Shown here in pieces: positions 47,081 to 57,357 of a stretch of DNA of 64,000 nucleotides. The stretch is from Candidatus Thermosaccharophagus tengchongensis. GTDB taxonomy: Bacteria; Armatimonadota; Fervidibacteria; Fervidibacterales; Thermosaccharophagaceae. Below the pieces are notes generated by a model. The model did no database searches, was not told the origin of the DNA, and saw only the letters and a program-made list of their open reading frames with translations. A program made the position numbers and the translations under genes. Where the stretch lies: assembly GCA_032161105.1 (NCBI GenBank), contig JAVHTD010000011.1, one strand, 5' to 3'. Every line of letters begins with the position of its first letter. Within the stretch, counting starts at the first letter, position 1.

Positions 47081-50000
47081 TTAGGGTGGGCTGAGCCATA
47101 GGCAGCCTGAGTTGGCTCCTCCTGCCCAGCGCAGAACCGAAGTGGTCGGTTTTCCCGCTTCCTCGTCCACATCAATGTAGCACACATCAAAGCCGATAAC
47201 ATCGTTAGGCACAAGTGTCCACGAAAAAGGTAGCCACCTCAGTTGCACTTCCAGAATCCAACCGTCAGTTTGCTTGCGAACGACACCACAACTCAACAAA
47301 GATTGCCACTCGCCTTCTCTCAACGAGATGGTGGCAAGGGGCAGTGGCGAAACAGTTGGCTGATGGCTGACACAAATTTTCAAGGTGTCGCCTTTCATCG
47401 GTTGGTCATCAAAGATGCGGGCAGCAAGATACAAATTTCCTTCCTCCCAACCACACCAAAAGGCGACGCGTGCATCGGCAAATTCTGGATCGCTCAAAAA
47501 CTCCTTCAAGTGTTCGCCGCCTCCCTCCACCTGTTCCAACCATCGCCCAAATCTCGCCCACGAAAAACTGTAGTCAAGCCACGCTGGCGAGCGCTCTCGC
47601 CATTCACTCAAATCACCGTCCAATTTTGGCGTCAACTTTGGTGCGAGGACGATCCAAAGCGTGTCAAAGATGCCGCCAACGACTTTTTCGCCCTGCAGCA
47701 ACCAAACATACAACTGGGCGTTCTCCAGCGGATGGCGCAACAATTTGCGGTTAAGCACACTCTCAAATCGGACAGAAAAACCATCGCCGTGCCGAAGAAG
47801 GATTGGGTGACGCCGCTTTAAAAGCAACCACTGGTTGTCAGTCATGAGTTGACCGAGCGCCGTGCCCAACTCAATAGTGGTAGTTTTTGGTCGTTGCTTT
47901 TCATCGCCCAACCATCGCCCGTAAACCAACAAGTCCAGCCGTTCGGGATTTTCTCTGTTAGGCAAAACCGTTATGCCCCCATAAGCTAAGTTAGGCGAAA
48001 TGTAGGCATTGCGCAAAATTCTTTCCAACTCCGACCTTGACAATCGCTCGTTCCAGATGAACAAAGGCATGGGCATCAACTTGACATTGACGAATTCCCC
48101 TTTGCTTTCAACAAATTTCCACGCATTGCTGAAACAATCGGTGAAGCGGACAGCGCCTTTAGGTAAGTTGCGAAAAGTTACTGTGCGAACGGGTGACTGG
48201 GATGTTTGAGGCGTCGTGACATTGTGCCCGTAAAGTCCCGAAGGGGCATTTGACCAAGTGACGGCGTGGACACGACCGCCTTGCTCAAATAGGAAGGCAA
48301 TGACACCACTATCGCCTGCAGCAACTTCCCCCATTTTCACCTCACCCGCTGGAACAGCATTTGCCAACAGTCGCCCGATGCTCGCATAGACTGTGCCGAA
48401 AGGAAGCGGTGTTCCATCGTAGTCAATGAGTGGGAAATCGCTTGTTCGGTGCGTGCCGTTGTTTCGGATGCGACCCGTATAATGTCCAACAACTTTCGCA
48501 TCTTGCACAATGCACAACTTGACCAACTCCTGCGCTGCCATCGCTGCTTCAAGCAAGGCTGGGCGTGCATGTGGAAGTGTGTGATAGAAAGTTGGTTGCC
48601 CGTCCAACCCGACACCGATGCAGAACCAAGGTTTCCTCCATCGCTCTTGCAACCAACGAATTTTGCGGGCTTCCCAATAGGAAGCACCCCAAGAAGATGA
48701 ACCAATGAAATCAACTTGCCCTTCCAACAATTCCAGCAACTCTTCATGATATTGCGGACACATACTCGTTCCAACTTGCAAATTAGCGTCAACGCTTTTA
48801 ACGGATTCATAGGAGGCACGAAAGATTGGGACAAAATCGGATGGTGTAAAGTAAAGTTCCGTCTCATCTTCAACGCACCAAAACTTAAGCCATTTACGGT
48901 AATGGCGAACAAGGGTTGAAACATACTCTCGCCACTTGGCGATGTCAGGGTAAACGGGTCGGTCTTTGGCGAAGTAGCGTTGAGTGTTGCGGGTGACACC
49001 CATCGTTTCACCAGGGACTTTCGTCCAGTCGGCGAAGAAAGGGCGTGGCTGCGATGCCCAAAGACAAGGCAAAGTGAGCAAACCAAACTTCCCCGCCATT
49101 GCCACCTGTTCATCAAACCATTGCCACTCGCCTTCCTTCGGGTTGGCTCGGTCAGGAAAGGTTGGGTAGAACTTGCAGTAAAGTTGCCAACGAAAGCCCA
49201 TGAGCGAAAAGAGCCTATAGGGATGTTCAAGGACATCCATGTTCGCTGCCAGTTCGTGCCGAACTTTTCCCTTTGGCATTGGTGGCAAAATGACAAAAAC
49301 CAATTCCCCTTCAGGCATCTTATGCCCATCAATTGCCCACTGCAAACTGAATATGCCAAAGCCAATTTTTGGCGCATCGGCTTGTGCTCCCGACAATGGG
49401 AATGGCAACCGCAAAGTCGCCTTTGACTTGACGGCTATTGGCTTCGTTTTCCCTTCAGTGACAACTTCTTCCCAAAGGTTAACAATCCGATAGCGAACCG
49501 AAACTTGCCTTGTCTTTTCTCCGTCGTTGTGGAGCCACAAAATCAGGTTTCGTTTGTCCTTGCCCCACAAAACCACATTGCCCAACTCTCCCGTTGAAAA
49601 TCCCGCTTCAACCTCCGCTCGTGTTGCGAAAGGCGAAAGTTCGTCATACTCCAACTGGACGGCATCAACCCAAAGGGTTTCACTGTTCTCAATCCTGACA
49701 TCAACGAAGCCTCTTGGCACATCGCCGCTGACGGAAAATCGCTGCCACTTCTCAGCCACTTGACAATCCATCGTTAGAAGTGGTTTGTATTCTGGCACGG
49801 AGCGCAAAATCACGGGCACAGTTTGTGGCTTCTCGCTGCGCAGGAAGAGCGAAAGGGTAACCTTGCCACCCTTTTCCAGCCAAAATGGGCGAGAAAATGG
49901 CTTGGCTTTTGCGGGCACTCGCAGGCAAAATCTCCCGTGGGCTGGATTTCGGTTGTCCAAATCGGCATCAGTAAAGATGTAGCAGTAGGTGTAATCCACA

Positions 50001-50809
50001 TTCGTCGCTGCCCAACCATTCGGCATCCCTAACTCAAAACTTCCATTGGGGAACAAGTTCTTTCGCCCGTCAAAACTGCGCAGCAATATCCGTTGCGCCT
50101 CAAAAGGGAAAGGTGGTTGCCATCGCTCATGCACAAGTGGGATGGGTTTTTCTGGCAGGGGCAATTTATCTGTGCCGAACTTAACAAGTCTTTCCAGTTG
50201 CGGCGATGGAGGTTCGGTTTCTGAAAGGTTATCGGTTATGTAAATCGTGTCCAACCAAATGCTCGGCACTTGCGCTTCGTTCAAGTGGGCGACGCCAGCG
50301 CCGCCAAATTGAACTGCCCTCACTTGCACCACATCAGCGGGTTGTTTTATCGTGAACTCTTGCATCGGCAGCCATCGGAAATTGCGACCGACATTTCGCC
50401 AACGAAAGTCAACAGCAGCATCGCCAATTTGAACCAGCAAGATGTTATCCCGTTCAAGTTTCTCAGCCATTGTTGTCCCAATGACGCGAACGCTTATTCG
50501 GTAACGACCAGCAGGCAAAGGTTTTTCAAGGCGCTTTTGCATTGTCCGTTCCTTCGCTGTTGCGTGTATGGCAGCGACTTTCCCGTTGCCCCAAACTGTC
50601 CCATAGCCACGACAGTTGGCTTCACGGGCATACCAACCATCAACGAAAAACTTCGTGGCTGAGGGTGATGAAAGGCTGACAGCGTGAAAGGGCAAGTAAA
50701 TCAAGCCATCAAAATCCTCGGCTTCAAGAACGAGCCTTAAAGTTTGGCTGAATGCGCAATTTGCTATGATGGCAAGCAGCAAAAAGCATGTTGCTCTCAT
50801 CGCCCTCAC
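47081..50809 (-). CDS. Large secreted multidomain protein: CBM4/9-like + GH-A-like barrel + CBM9-like
   Basis: Signal peptide; NLFPNGSFE...LWVDAVQLE; barrel with GEWQWFDEQV; C-terminal PKLDGDLSEW, NLYLAARIFDD, IGFDV. Confidence 0.7.
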   Translation of the reverse strand: MRAMRATCFLLLAIIANCAFSQTLRLVLEAEDFDGLIYLPFHAVSLSSPSATKFFVDGWYAREANCRGYGTVWGNGKVAAIHATAKERTMQKRLEKPLPAGRYRISVRVIGTTMAEKLERDNILLVQIGDAAVDFRWRNVGRNFRWLPMQEFTIKQPADVVQVRAVQFGGAGVAHLNEAQVPSIWLDTIYITDNLSETEPPSPQLERLVKFGTDKLPLPEKPIPLVHERWQPPFPFEAQRILLRSFDGRKNLFPNGSFELGMPNGWAATNVDYTYCYIFTDADLDNRNPAHGRFCLRVPAKAKPFSRPFWLEKGGKVTLSLFLRSEKPQTVPVILRSVPEYKPLLTMDCQVAEKWQRFSVSGDVPRGFVDVRIENSETLWVDAVQLEYDELSPFATRAEVEAGFSTGELGNVVLWGKDKRNLILWLHNDGEKTRQVSVRYRIVNLWEEVVTEGKTKPIAVKSKATLRLPFPLSGAQADAPKIGFGIFSLQWAIDGHKMPEGELVFVILPPMPKGKVRHELAANMDVLEHPYRLFSLMGFRWQLYCKFYPTFPDRANPKEGEWQWFDEQVAMAGKFGLLTLPCLWASQPRPFFADWTKVPGETMGVTRNTQRYFAKDRPVYPDIAKWREYVSTLVRHYRKWLKFWCVEDETELYFTPSDFVPIFRASYESVKSVDANLQVGTSMCPQYHEELLELLEGQVDFIGSSSWGASYWEARKIRWLQERWRKPWFCIGVGLDGQPTFYHTLPHARPALLEAAMAAQELVKLCIVQDAKVVGHYTGRIRNNGTHRTSDFPLIDYDGTPLPFGTVYASIGRLLANAVPAGEVKMGEVAAGDSGVIAFLFEQGGRVHAVTWSNAPSGLYGHNVTTPQTSQSPVRTVTFRNLPKGAVRFTDCFSNAWKFVESKGEFVNVKLMPMPLFIWNERLSRSELERILRNAYISPNLAYGGITVLPNRENPERLDLLVYGRWLGDEKQRPKTTTIELGTALGQLMTDNQWLLLKRRHPILLRHGDGFSVRFESVLNRKLLRHPLENAQLYVWLLQGEKVVGGIFDTLWIVLAPKLTPKLDGDLSEWRERSPAWLDYSFSWARFGRWLEQVEGGGEHLKEFLSDPEFADARVAFWCGWEEGNLYLAARIFDDQPMKGDTLKICVSHQPTVSPLPLATISLREGEWQSLLSCGVVRKQTDGWILEVQLRWLPFSWTLVPNDVIGFDVCYIDVDEEAGKPTTSVLRWAGGANSGCLWLSPP

Positions 50810-50824
50810 CTCAACTCAAATTCG

Positions 50825-50851
50825 TGCCCGTGAAAATCATTTTGACGGGCA
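50825..50851. terminator. Imperfect hairpin between co-oriented genes
   Basis: TGCCCGTGAAAAT-C-ATTTTGACGGGCA inverted repeat with one mismatch. Confidence 0.35.
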
Positions 50852-50883
50852 AAACTCGTCAGCGAACTTCATGCATGTTTCGC

Positions 50884-52926
50884 CTATCCCTGCTGGAGCG
50901 TCACTTCAGCGATAGCATAAACTCGCAATGATGGGATGGTGAAGCGCACCCGATTGCCCGTTTGCTCAAATGGTAAGTCCGTTTGCTCGCCGCTGTCAAC
51001 TTCGTAAAGGCGCAACCGCTGCGCCTTTTGCCCTTCTGGAATCCTCAGCCGCACCACAACTGAGGAGACAGGTGTGACGCTTTGAGCATCTCGGTTGAGA
51101 CCGACGGGCACTCGGTAGTTGAGCAAGTGAAGGACGATGCGTTCATCACTTCCCCATGCTGCCGATTGAACTTTTGCCCCTTCAGGCAAATTAATCGCAC
51201 GCAACTCATCAGCCTTCTGAATTGCCAACTCACTCAACTTTGTCACCCGCAATGGTGGCAACGGTTGGCGACGCTGGTAGGCTTCGGCAATCGGCTTCCA
51301 ATCAGATTGTTCCAGTGGGTCGGGGCTTTGCAAGAGGGGCAGTTTTGCCATCCACTCTGGCAACTTAACTTTGCCCGCAACGATGACCAAGGGATAACGG
51401 CGAAGCAAACCTTCAGGCACTGCCTCGCCATTGAGCACATCCACAAGCACACCACGCCACTGCAATGCTTCAAAAACTTGCTGTGCTTCGAGCAAACTTT
51501 CCATCAACCCTTCCGTTGCGTCAGGGAAGACGACGATGGCGATATCACCCGAAGGGAGCAAACCCTCAAACAAATGGCAATGCTGATGAACAAAGGTGAA
51601 AAACTTTTGCCGCGCACAATGAGCAGGCAAATCGTTGTCGTTCAGAAAAGGTGAAAAGGCTGCACTTGAACCGACAACATGGACAGCGACGCCACCGCCA
51701 AAGGCTATCCCCTCTGCCAACGCCAGCAATGCCGAATGCTCGCTGTGGGCGAATTCTGGTTTGTAGCCTGCAAACGGTGCGCCGTAAAGGAAATGCGTCC
51801 CACGCTTGCCACGCATTGCATATGCCAATCGCAAAAGCCATGCGTTCGTTTGCGCCCAATCTTTGACCCCATCGGGCAATTGTTCATAAAAGCCAGCCCA
51901 TCGCCCCAACTTCTTGAGTTCACCCCAAATGATGCGGAAGATGCCAAGCCAGCAATGCTCAATCATGCACAAGTCCACACTGTCAGTGATTCGCCTTTGG
52001 AATGGCACTTCAATGTAGTTGACCGCCAAATACCCCATGCCAAGCTCACGCAACTCGTCAAAGTAGCGCAAGTAACTTTCAAGCCAAACTCGCTGTGGCG
52101 CTCTTTGTGCGATGTCGTAGGCTTTCGGTGACAAATCCAATCCCAACGAACTTGCAACTGCTTGACAATTTTGGCAATAGCAACGGTGTTCCAAAGCGTT
52201 ATCCATCCAAACGCCGTCATAGCCGACTTTCAAAATCCAGCAAACGATAATGTGCTGCCACTCTCGCCAACCCTTCGCATTGATGCACATGCTGTAGCGC
52301 GTTAACGGCTTAAACTCTTCTCTTTGCCCGAAGCGAAAGACCAACTTGCCTTCAATATCTCGCTGCGTCCATTCCATCGGGTCTCCTTGTGGGCGTTCCC
52401 CCAAGCCAAACTCATCGGCATATTCATGCCAACGGTCAAAGAAGGCAAAAAAGCCAAGGCGCATTTCTGGCTCGCCGAACATTGTCATCGGCGACATGTA
52501 TGGGATGACAACCTTGACGCCTGCTGCACGGACATCTTTGACGAACTGCTCAATTGCCTTGATGCGAAGCACAAGTTCCTCAGGTGAAAGGAGACGGCGT
52601 GGGTCTTCGTTGCGCCTTTGCGGAATTGGCGGAAAGACGACATTCTCCCCTCCGAAGGACAGAACAGGACCAATGCTATGAGTAAATGGCGCTTCCTTGC
52701 CGACGATGAGGACTTCAGGAGCGAACTGGCGCAATCGCTCAATGAAACGCTGATAGCGTTCATCGGCGGGGTAGAGTGGCTCGCCTGCACCATTGAGCAA
52801 ATGCACGGCATCGTAACTGTAGTCCAAAACGACATCGGGTGGCAGGCGAGACGGAGTTTGCGTCCAAGCTCGTGCAACCACAAGCGCCAAACAGCAAGAT
52901 ACAAGCAACCTTCCCATTCGGCCCAC
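50884..52926 (-). CDS. Secreted putative glycoside hydrolase (TIM barrel + GH42-like trimerisation domain)
   Basis: Signal peptide; MCIN..GW, GYDGVWMDN, CYCQNC, C-terminal VLHLLNY. Confidence 0.65.
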   Translation of the reverse strand: MGRMGRLLVSCCLALVVARAWTQTPSRLPPDVVLDYSYDAVHLLNGAGEPLYPADERYQRFIERLRQFAPEVLIVGKEAPFTHSIGPVLSFGGENVVFPPIPQRRNEDPRRLLSPEELVLRIKAIEQFVKDVRAAGVKVVIPYMSPMTMFGEPEMRLGFFAFFDRWHEYADEFGLGERPQGDPMEWTQRDIEGKLVFRFGQREEFKPLTRYSMCINAKGWREWQHIIVCWILKVGYDGVWMDNALEHRCYCQNCQAVASSLGLDLSPKAYDIAQRAPQRVWLESYLRYFDELRELGMGYLAVNYIEVPFQRRITDSVDLCMIEHCWLGIFRIIWGELKKLGRWAGFYEQLPDGVKDWAQTNAWLLRLAYAMRGKRGTHFLYGAPFAGYKPEFAHSEHSALLALAEGIAFGGGVAVHVVGSSAAFSPFLNDNDLPAHCARQKFFTFVHQHCHLFEGLLPSGDIAIVVFPDATEGLMESLLEAQQVFEALQWRGVLVDVLNGEAVPEGLLRRYPLVIVAGKVKLPEWMAKLPLLQSPDPLEQSDWKPIAEAYQRRQPLPPLRVTKLSELAIQKADELRAINLPEGAKVQSAAWGSDERIVLHLLNYRVPVGLNRDAQSVTPVSSVVVRLRIPEGQKAQRLRLYEVDSGEQTDLPFEQTGNRVRFTIPSLRVYAIAEVTLQQG

Positions 52927-52950
52927 CGCATTTCACCAAAAAGATCGGCT

Positions 52951-53943
52951 CTATTCGGAAAATTTGCGCGAAATTCTCCCGGACAAAACAGCCGCATATC
53001 GCTCCATCGGTATGTTTCCGCCACTCACAATCCCGACGACTTTCTTACCGCGCAAGCGTTCTTTCAACTTAATGGCTGCTGCCAATGATGCAGCGCCAGC
53101 TCCCTCGGCAACCACTTTGGCATGTTGGGAAAGCAAACAGATGGCATCGTTGATTTCCTCGTCGCTCAGGAGGATAAAATCGTCCAACACATCCCAAAGG
53201 ATGCTCGTCGTCAACTCAAATGGGACTCGCGTTGCCAATCCTTCATGTTCCGTTTCCATTTTGGGGTATGGCTTTAGGTGGCGTTCCTTCCACGCATGCC
53301 AGACTGCTGGTGCACGCTCCGATTGACACCCAATTATTTGCACCTTTGGGTTAATGTGTTTGGCAACGATGCCATTGCCACACGCGCTGCTCCCTCCGCC
53401 GATGGGCACGATGATGACATCCACATCGGGCAGGTCTTCAAAAATTTCCAACCCCATTGTCCCAACGCCCGCGATTAATTTCGGCTCGTTAGCTGGGTGA
53501 ACATACCGAAAACCTTCCTGTTGGGCAATCTGCTCAGCTTTTTCCCTCGCCTCGTCAAAATCCTTCCCGTGCAAACGGACCTCGGCACCCAAATTGCGCA
53601 TCGCTTGCAGCTTCATCGGGTTGACATCTTTTTGCGGCGCATAAATGACGACACGCACGCCAAAAAGCCTCCCAGCAAATGCCAATGATTGACCGTGATT
53701 GCCAGTGCTGGCACTAATGACACCGACACGCTTTTCGTCGTCGCTGAGCGTCCCGACGAGGTAAACTCCGCCACGCACCTTGAATGCACCAACAGGTTGG
53801 AAGTTCTCGCACTTGATGTAGTAATTGCAACCCAGCATCTGTGACAACGACCACACATACACCAGCGGGGTTTTTGGCAGGTAGTTTTGGATGAAGTTTC
53901 GTGCTTCTACAACATCGTGATAAGTTGGTCGCTGAAGTGGCAT
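52951..53943 (-). CDS. Threonine/serine dehydratase family PLP enzyme (no ACT domain)
   Basis: KCENFQPVGAFKVRG, STGNHGQ, VPIGGG, EGAGAA, SGGN. Confidence 0.92.
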   Translation of the reverse strand: MPLQRPTYHDVVEARNFIQNYLPKTPLVYVWSLSQMLGCNYYIKCENFQPVGAFKVRGGVYLVGTLSDDEKRVGVISASTGNHGQSLAFAGRLFGVRVVIYAPQKDVNPMKLQAMRNLGAEVRLHGKDFDEAREKAEQIAQQEGFRYVHPANEPKLIAGVGTMGLEIFEDLPDVDVIIVPIGGGSSACGNGIVAKHINPKVQIIGCQSERAPAVWHAWKERHLKPYPKMETEHEGLATRVPFELTTSILWDVLDDFILLSDEEINDAICLLSQHAKVVAEGAGAASLAAAIKLKERLRGKKVVGIVSGGNIPMERYAAVLSGRISRKFSE

Positions 53944-54053
53944 CTTCACCACCACCGCATAACAACGCCCTTTCCGCGCGCTGGCTTAGCTGGATAGCGA
54001 TGCGACATGCTTTTGCGGTGTTCAAACGCAGAGTCTGCAAGCCTTTCACATGC

Positions 54054-57000
54054 TTATCGCACCTCCAACTTCACCTCGTCCGAACGCAATGAGCACAGCT
54101 CTTGAGCACGAATGAGCCAATTGCCCAAGGCGTCGTTTTGCGCCAAGTCAATGGTCAGGCTCATGACGCCATCCTTTGCGCCGTAGAAGCCGCTAAACTC
54201 AGCAGGTTGTCCGTTGGCATCTACGATGTCCACGCGAAGCGGAACAATAGCCTCTACGGGGCGACCTTTGTCATCCATCACCATCACCTTGACAGCCACG
54301 CTTTCGCCACGCTTTGCACGCCTTGGGGCTTGAAGGCGAACGGCGGCGATTGGGTGGTCGGTGAGCAAGAAGACCCTACCATCGCCAGGACCCAATTCCA
54401 CATCAAAGGCTAAGCCGTTTGCCTCCTTGCGAACTGGTATGGCGCAATGCCTCACCATGTCGTAAACAGCACATGGTGGACGCCTCACAAACACCGTTGC
54501 CTTCAGCGGTAAACCTTTCTCCATCACCCTGCCATGATGCCCCACATAGTCTCCGAAGGTGCGCCTGTCATTGATGACGAAAAGATAGTCGGCATTGCGA
54601 TAGGAGCGCACTCGCACAATTGCATCCATCTCGGAAGAGTCGGCATAGCGCTGATAGCGCGCATCCAATTGCTTTCGCAACTCGGCAGCTATGGCTTGCA
54701 ACGCTGCCTTATCCTCGTCTGCCTTGCCAGTCCGCTGGTAGCTGCGGATGAGGATGTCAGGCTTTAGGGCTGGAGTTAGATGCTCATCGGCGATGATGAG
54801 ACCGCCTTGGCGTTGAAATTCAGCCACACGGCTCACTATGCTCTCGGGCAAGACATCGCAGAATGGCATGACGAGCACACGAAAGCCATTCAGACCATCG
54901 CGCAGGATGGTCTCCTCATAAACGATTTTCGGTTGAAGATGTGCCCATTGGAGGATGAGGTGCATATCCGCCTCCCAACGATGGCTCCAACCATAAGTGC
55001 CGCGCCCGGCAAACATTTGTGAGGTGAAGCTTTCCAAGATGGCTATATCGCTTTTTCGGTCTGGGACTTGCAATAGCGTCGGACCGAGCGGGCGAACGAC
55101 ATCACGGATGAGTTCCGCCAGCACTTCCTTCGTTTTCGGGTTCGTGTAGCGATAACTCCCACCGGGCACCTCAACCAATGAGCCCCAACCGTGATACATG
55201 ATGCCTTGCACCGGGCGAGAAATTTTCGTCCAGAAGGCTTCACGCAAATGGTCAGGGGCGATGGTGATGAAACGGGCATCGGGGATGGCTTTCTCCCAAT
55301 GGGCGCGCTTTGACTCATCCTCGGGCAACTCAGGCGCCGTCTGTGAGCGATACCAGATGATCTGCGTCATCTTCATCACCCGTTGACCATGTCTGCCCTC
55401 AGCCATGGCGAAGAGCTCATCGGTAGCCTGACCGATTTTGATTGGGTCGGGGTAGGAGTAAGTCCACTGCGAGATGACATCCACCACTCCGCCGCTTCCC
55501 CAAATGCTCGGCACGCGCACGGCAGGGTCAAAGAATGTCCAGATGTCCTTTCGCCCTGTGGACTTCAAGCCACGATGGACTTCGGAGTGAAGCGCATTCC
55601 AACCATCGCCATCCTTCCAGAACCAGCGATAAAAGGTGAGGATGGGATGGTCATCTGGGACCACTCGTTGAGGTGATATGCCCGCCACATTCTCGTAGCG
55701 CACGCCCCATTTGCTCGTCACCGCATCCGGGACTTCATAGCCGGCGAAGTTGCGAAAGGCTTGTCGGTCGTGCTCGTGAAAGCAAAGATTCGTATTGTCG
55801 CGCACCTCGCTGTGGATGAGCGCAGCCTGCAAAGCGGGATGATGCCCGAATGTCCGTGCCACAGAAGCGCCCACATTGAAGGCGAATGCTCGCATCTCGG
55901 GGAAGTTGGGACAGATGTCCTCACGCTCGTATGGCTTTCCATCACGGTTGATGCGCTGATACTTTGCCCTCAACTCGGGCACTTGAAGCACCCAGCGCCC
56001 GGGGTAAAGGTAAACCACAGCACCGATGCCCTCAACCAAGTATTCATCCAACATGCGCATTCTCTCCCTCACTTCATTGGGCGCTAAAGCCTCCGTCGGC
56101 TGCCCGGCATCCCAAATGCGTCGGTAATCCACCAGGTGGACGAGTTGATGGGTGAAGCCAATCTCCTTGATGCGCGGCAGGTCACCAGTTCCCCACATCA
56201 CCACCGGCATTATGTTCGGAAGAGGGCGAGGGACAATCGCGATGGGAAACTCCTTCTTCGAACGACGGGTTCGCCCACCGCTCTTTACCTCTGCCACAAT
56301 GCGCAATGGGTAACGGTCGGGACGAAGGGTTGTGTCCACGGACACCGAGAGGATATGAGCTTTGTTTGGCGGTAGGTTGGGCAAGGCGAATTGTCTTTCA
56401 CGCCCTTGGAGATGCACACGGACAAAGCCCTTATCAAGCGTCGCCTCAGAGTCGTTAATGATGGCGATGTCCACATGGGCATCCTTTTCCATGCGCACAA
56501 ATGCCGTCCGACTGTGTGGTGCAATGTCCACCAAAACCGTTCCCGCAAAGTAAGGGACGATGCCACGGCAAATGCGCACTTGGGCAATGTATCCGGGGAA
56601 GCCCGCATGGATGCTGCCATAGCGGTCGCCGATGACGAGGTCGTATTGCCCGGGCATAATTGAGCCACGCCCATCATGGACGATGCGCCCGACAAGTTCG
56701 CCATTGAGGAAGATGCGCCCGATGCCATTGCCATTGTAGGTGAAGGCAATGTGCACCCATTTGCCCGGCTCAAGCGTGACCTCATCGGAGGCATATTCTG
56801 CCGAGTCCTTCCCATAGCCAAGGTAAGCGACGATGCGATAGCGATGCTCGCCGGTGCGGCGCAAGTAGAGGCAATAGTCACGATTGGCTTGTGGGAGGTC
56901 GCTTGGATAGGGGTAATATTTCTTGTCCAACAGGAAGGCGTTCGTTGAGCGGTTGAGCTCCGGCTTGGGCTTGATCCACAATTCCAATGTGAATGCGCCA

Positions 57001-57329
57001 GTTGGCGAAAGGTCGGGGTGGTTCTTCACCACTGCTCCCTGTGGGCGGTCATTCTCACGGTCAGCCGGGAAGGTCTCCAAGCAGGAGCCAAAAAGCCCAT
57101 CAGGCACTACGCGAGATTGCCCGCGCAATGTGATGTCATGACCATTACCCGAGTTGTCCTTCGTCTCATGTCCCGGGAGGAATTGCCACAGGGCAATGAC
57201 ATGCTTTCCCGTCGCATCATCGCCGGTATAAAGCCTTTGCCATGGCATCTCTTCGCCAGACAACGGTGATGAAAGCAATGCCACCGATGCCACCAAAGCC
57301 GCCATCCACATCTTGCCACAAAACCTCAC
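54054..57329 (-). CDS. Secreted LamG-domain + GH42-like barrel/trimerisation protein
   Basis: Signal peptide; FTLELWIKP, WVHIAFTY (LamG); HSEVRD..LCFH; VLVMPFCDVL; YLFVIND. Confidence 0.7.
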   Translation of the reverse strand: MRFCGKMWMAALVASVALLSSPLSGEEMPWQRLYTGDDATGKHVIALWQFLPGHETKDNSGNGHDITLRGQSRVVPDGLFGSCLETFPADRENDRPQGAVVKNHPDLSPTGAFTLELWIKPKPELNRSTNAFLLDKKYYPYPSDLPQANRDYCLYLRRTGEHRYRIVAYLGYGKDSAEYASDEVTLEPGKWVHIAFTYNGNGIGRIFLNGELVGRIVHDGRGSIMPGQYDLVIGDRYGSIHAGFPGYIAQVRICRGIVPYFAGTVLVDIAPHSRTAFVRMEKDAHVDIAIINDSEATLDKGFVRVHLQGRERQFALPNLPPNKAHILSVSVDTTLRPDRYPLRIVAEVKSGGRTRRSKKEFPIAIVPRPLPNIMPVVMWGTGDLPRIKEIGFTHQLVHLVDYRRIWDAGQPTEALAPNEVRERMRMLDEYLVEGIGAVVYLYPGRWVLQVPELRAKYQRINRDGKPYEREDICPNFPEMRAFAFNVGASVARTFGHHPALQAALIHSEVRDNTNLCFHEHDRQAFRNFAGYEVPDAVTSKWGVRYENVAGISPQRVVPDDHPILTFYRWFWKDGDGWNALHSEVHRGLKSTGRKDIWTFFDPAVRVPSIWGSGGVVDVISQWTYSYPDPIKIGQATDELFAMAEGRHGQRVMKMTQIIWYRSQTAPELPEDESKRAHWEKAIPDARFITIAPDHLREAFWTKISRPVQGIMYHGWGSLVEVPGGSYRYTNPKTKEVLAELIRDVVRPLGPTLLQVPDRKSDIAILESFTSQMFAGRGTYGWSHRWEADMHLILQWAHLQPKIVYEETILRDGLNGFRVLVMPFCDVLPESIVSRVAEFQRQGGLIIADEHLTPALKPDILIRSYQRTGKADEDKAALQAIAAELRKQLDARYQRYADSSEMDAIVRVRSYRNADYLFVINDRRTFGDYVGHHGRVMEKGLPLKATVFVRRPPCAVYDMVRHCAIPVRKEANGLAFDVELGPGDGRVFLLTDHPIAAVRLQAPRRAKRGESVAVKVMVMDDKGRPVEAIVPLRVDIVDANGQPAEFSGFYGAKDGVMSLTIDLAQNDALGNWLIRAQELCSLRSDEVKLEVR

Positions 57330-57357
57330 ACCACATCACCCCCTTGAGGGCGGTTCA

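Noticed and set aside
48337..49377. 346-aa alternate-frame ORF
   Set aside because: Entirely inside the 1242-aa gene on the same strand, with no recognisable motif
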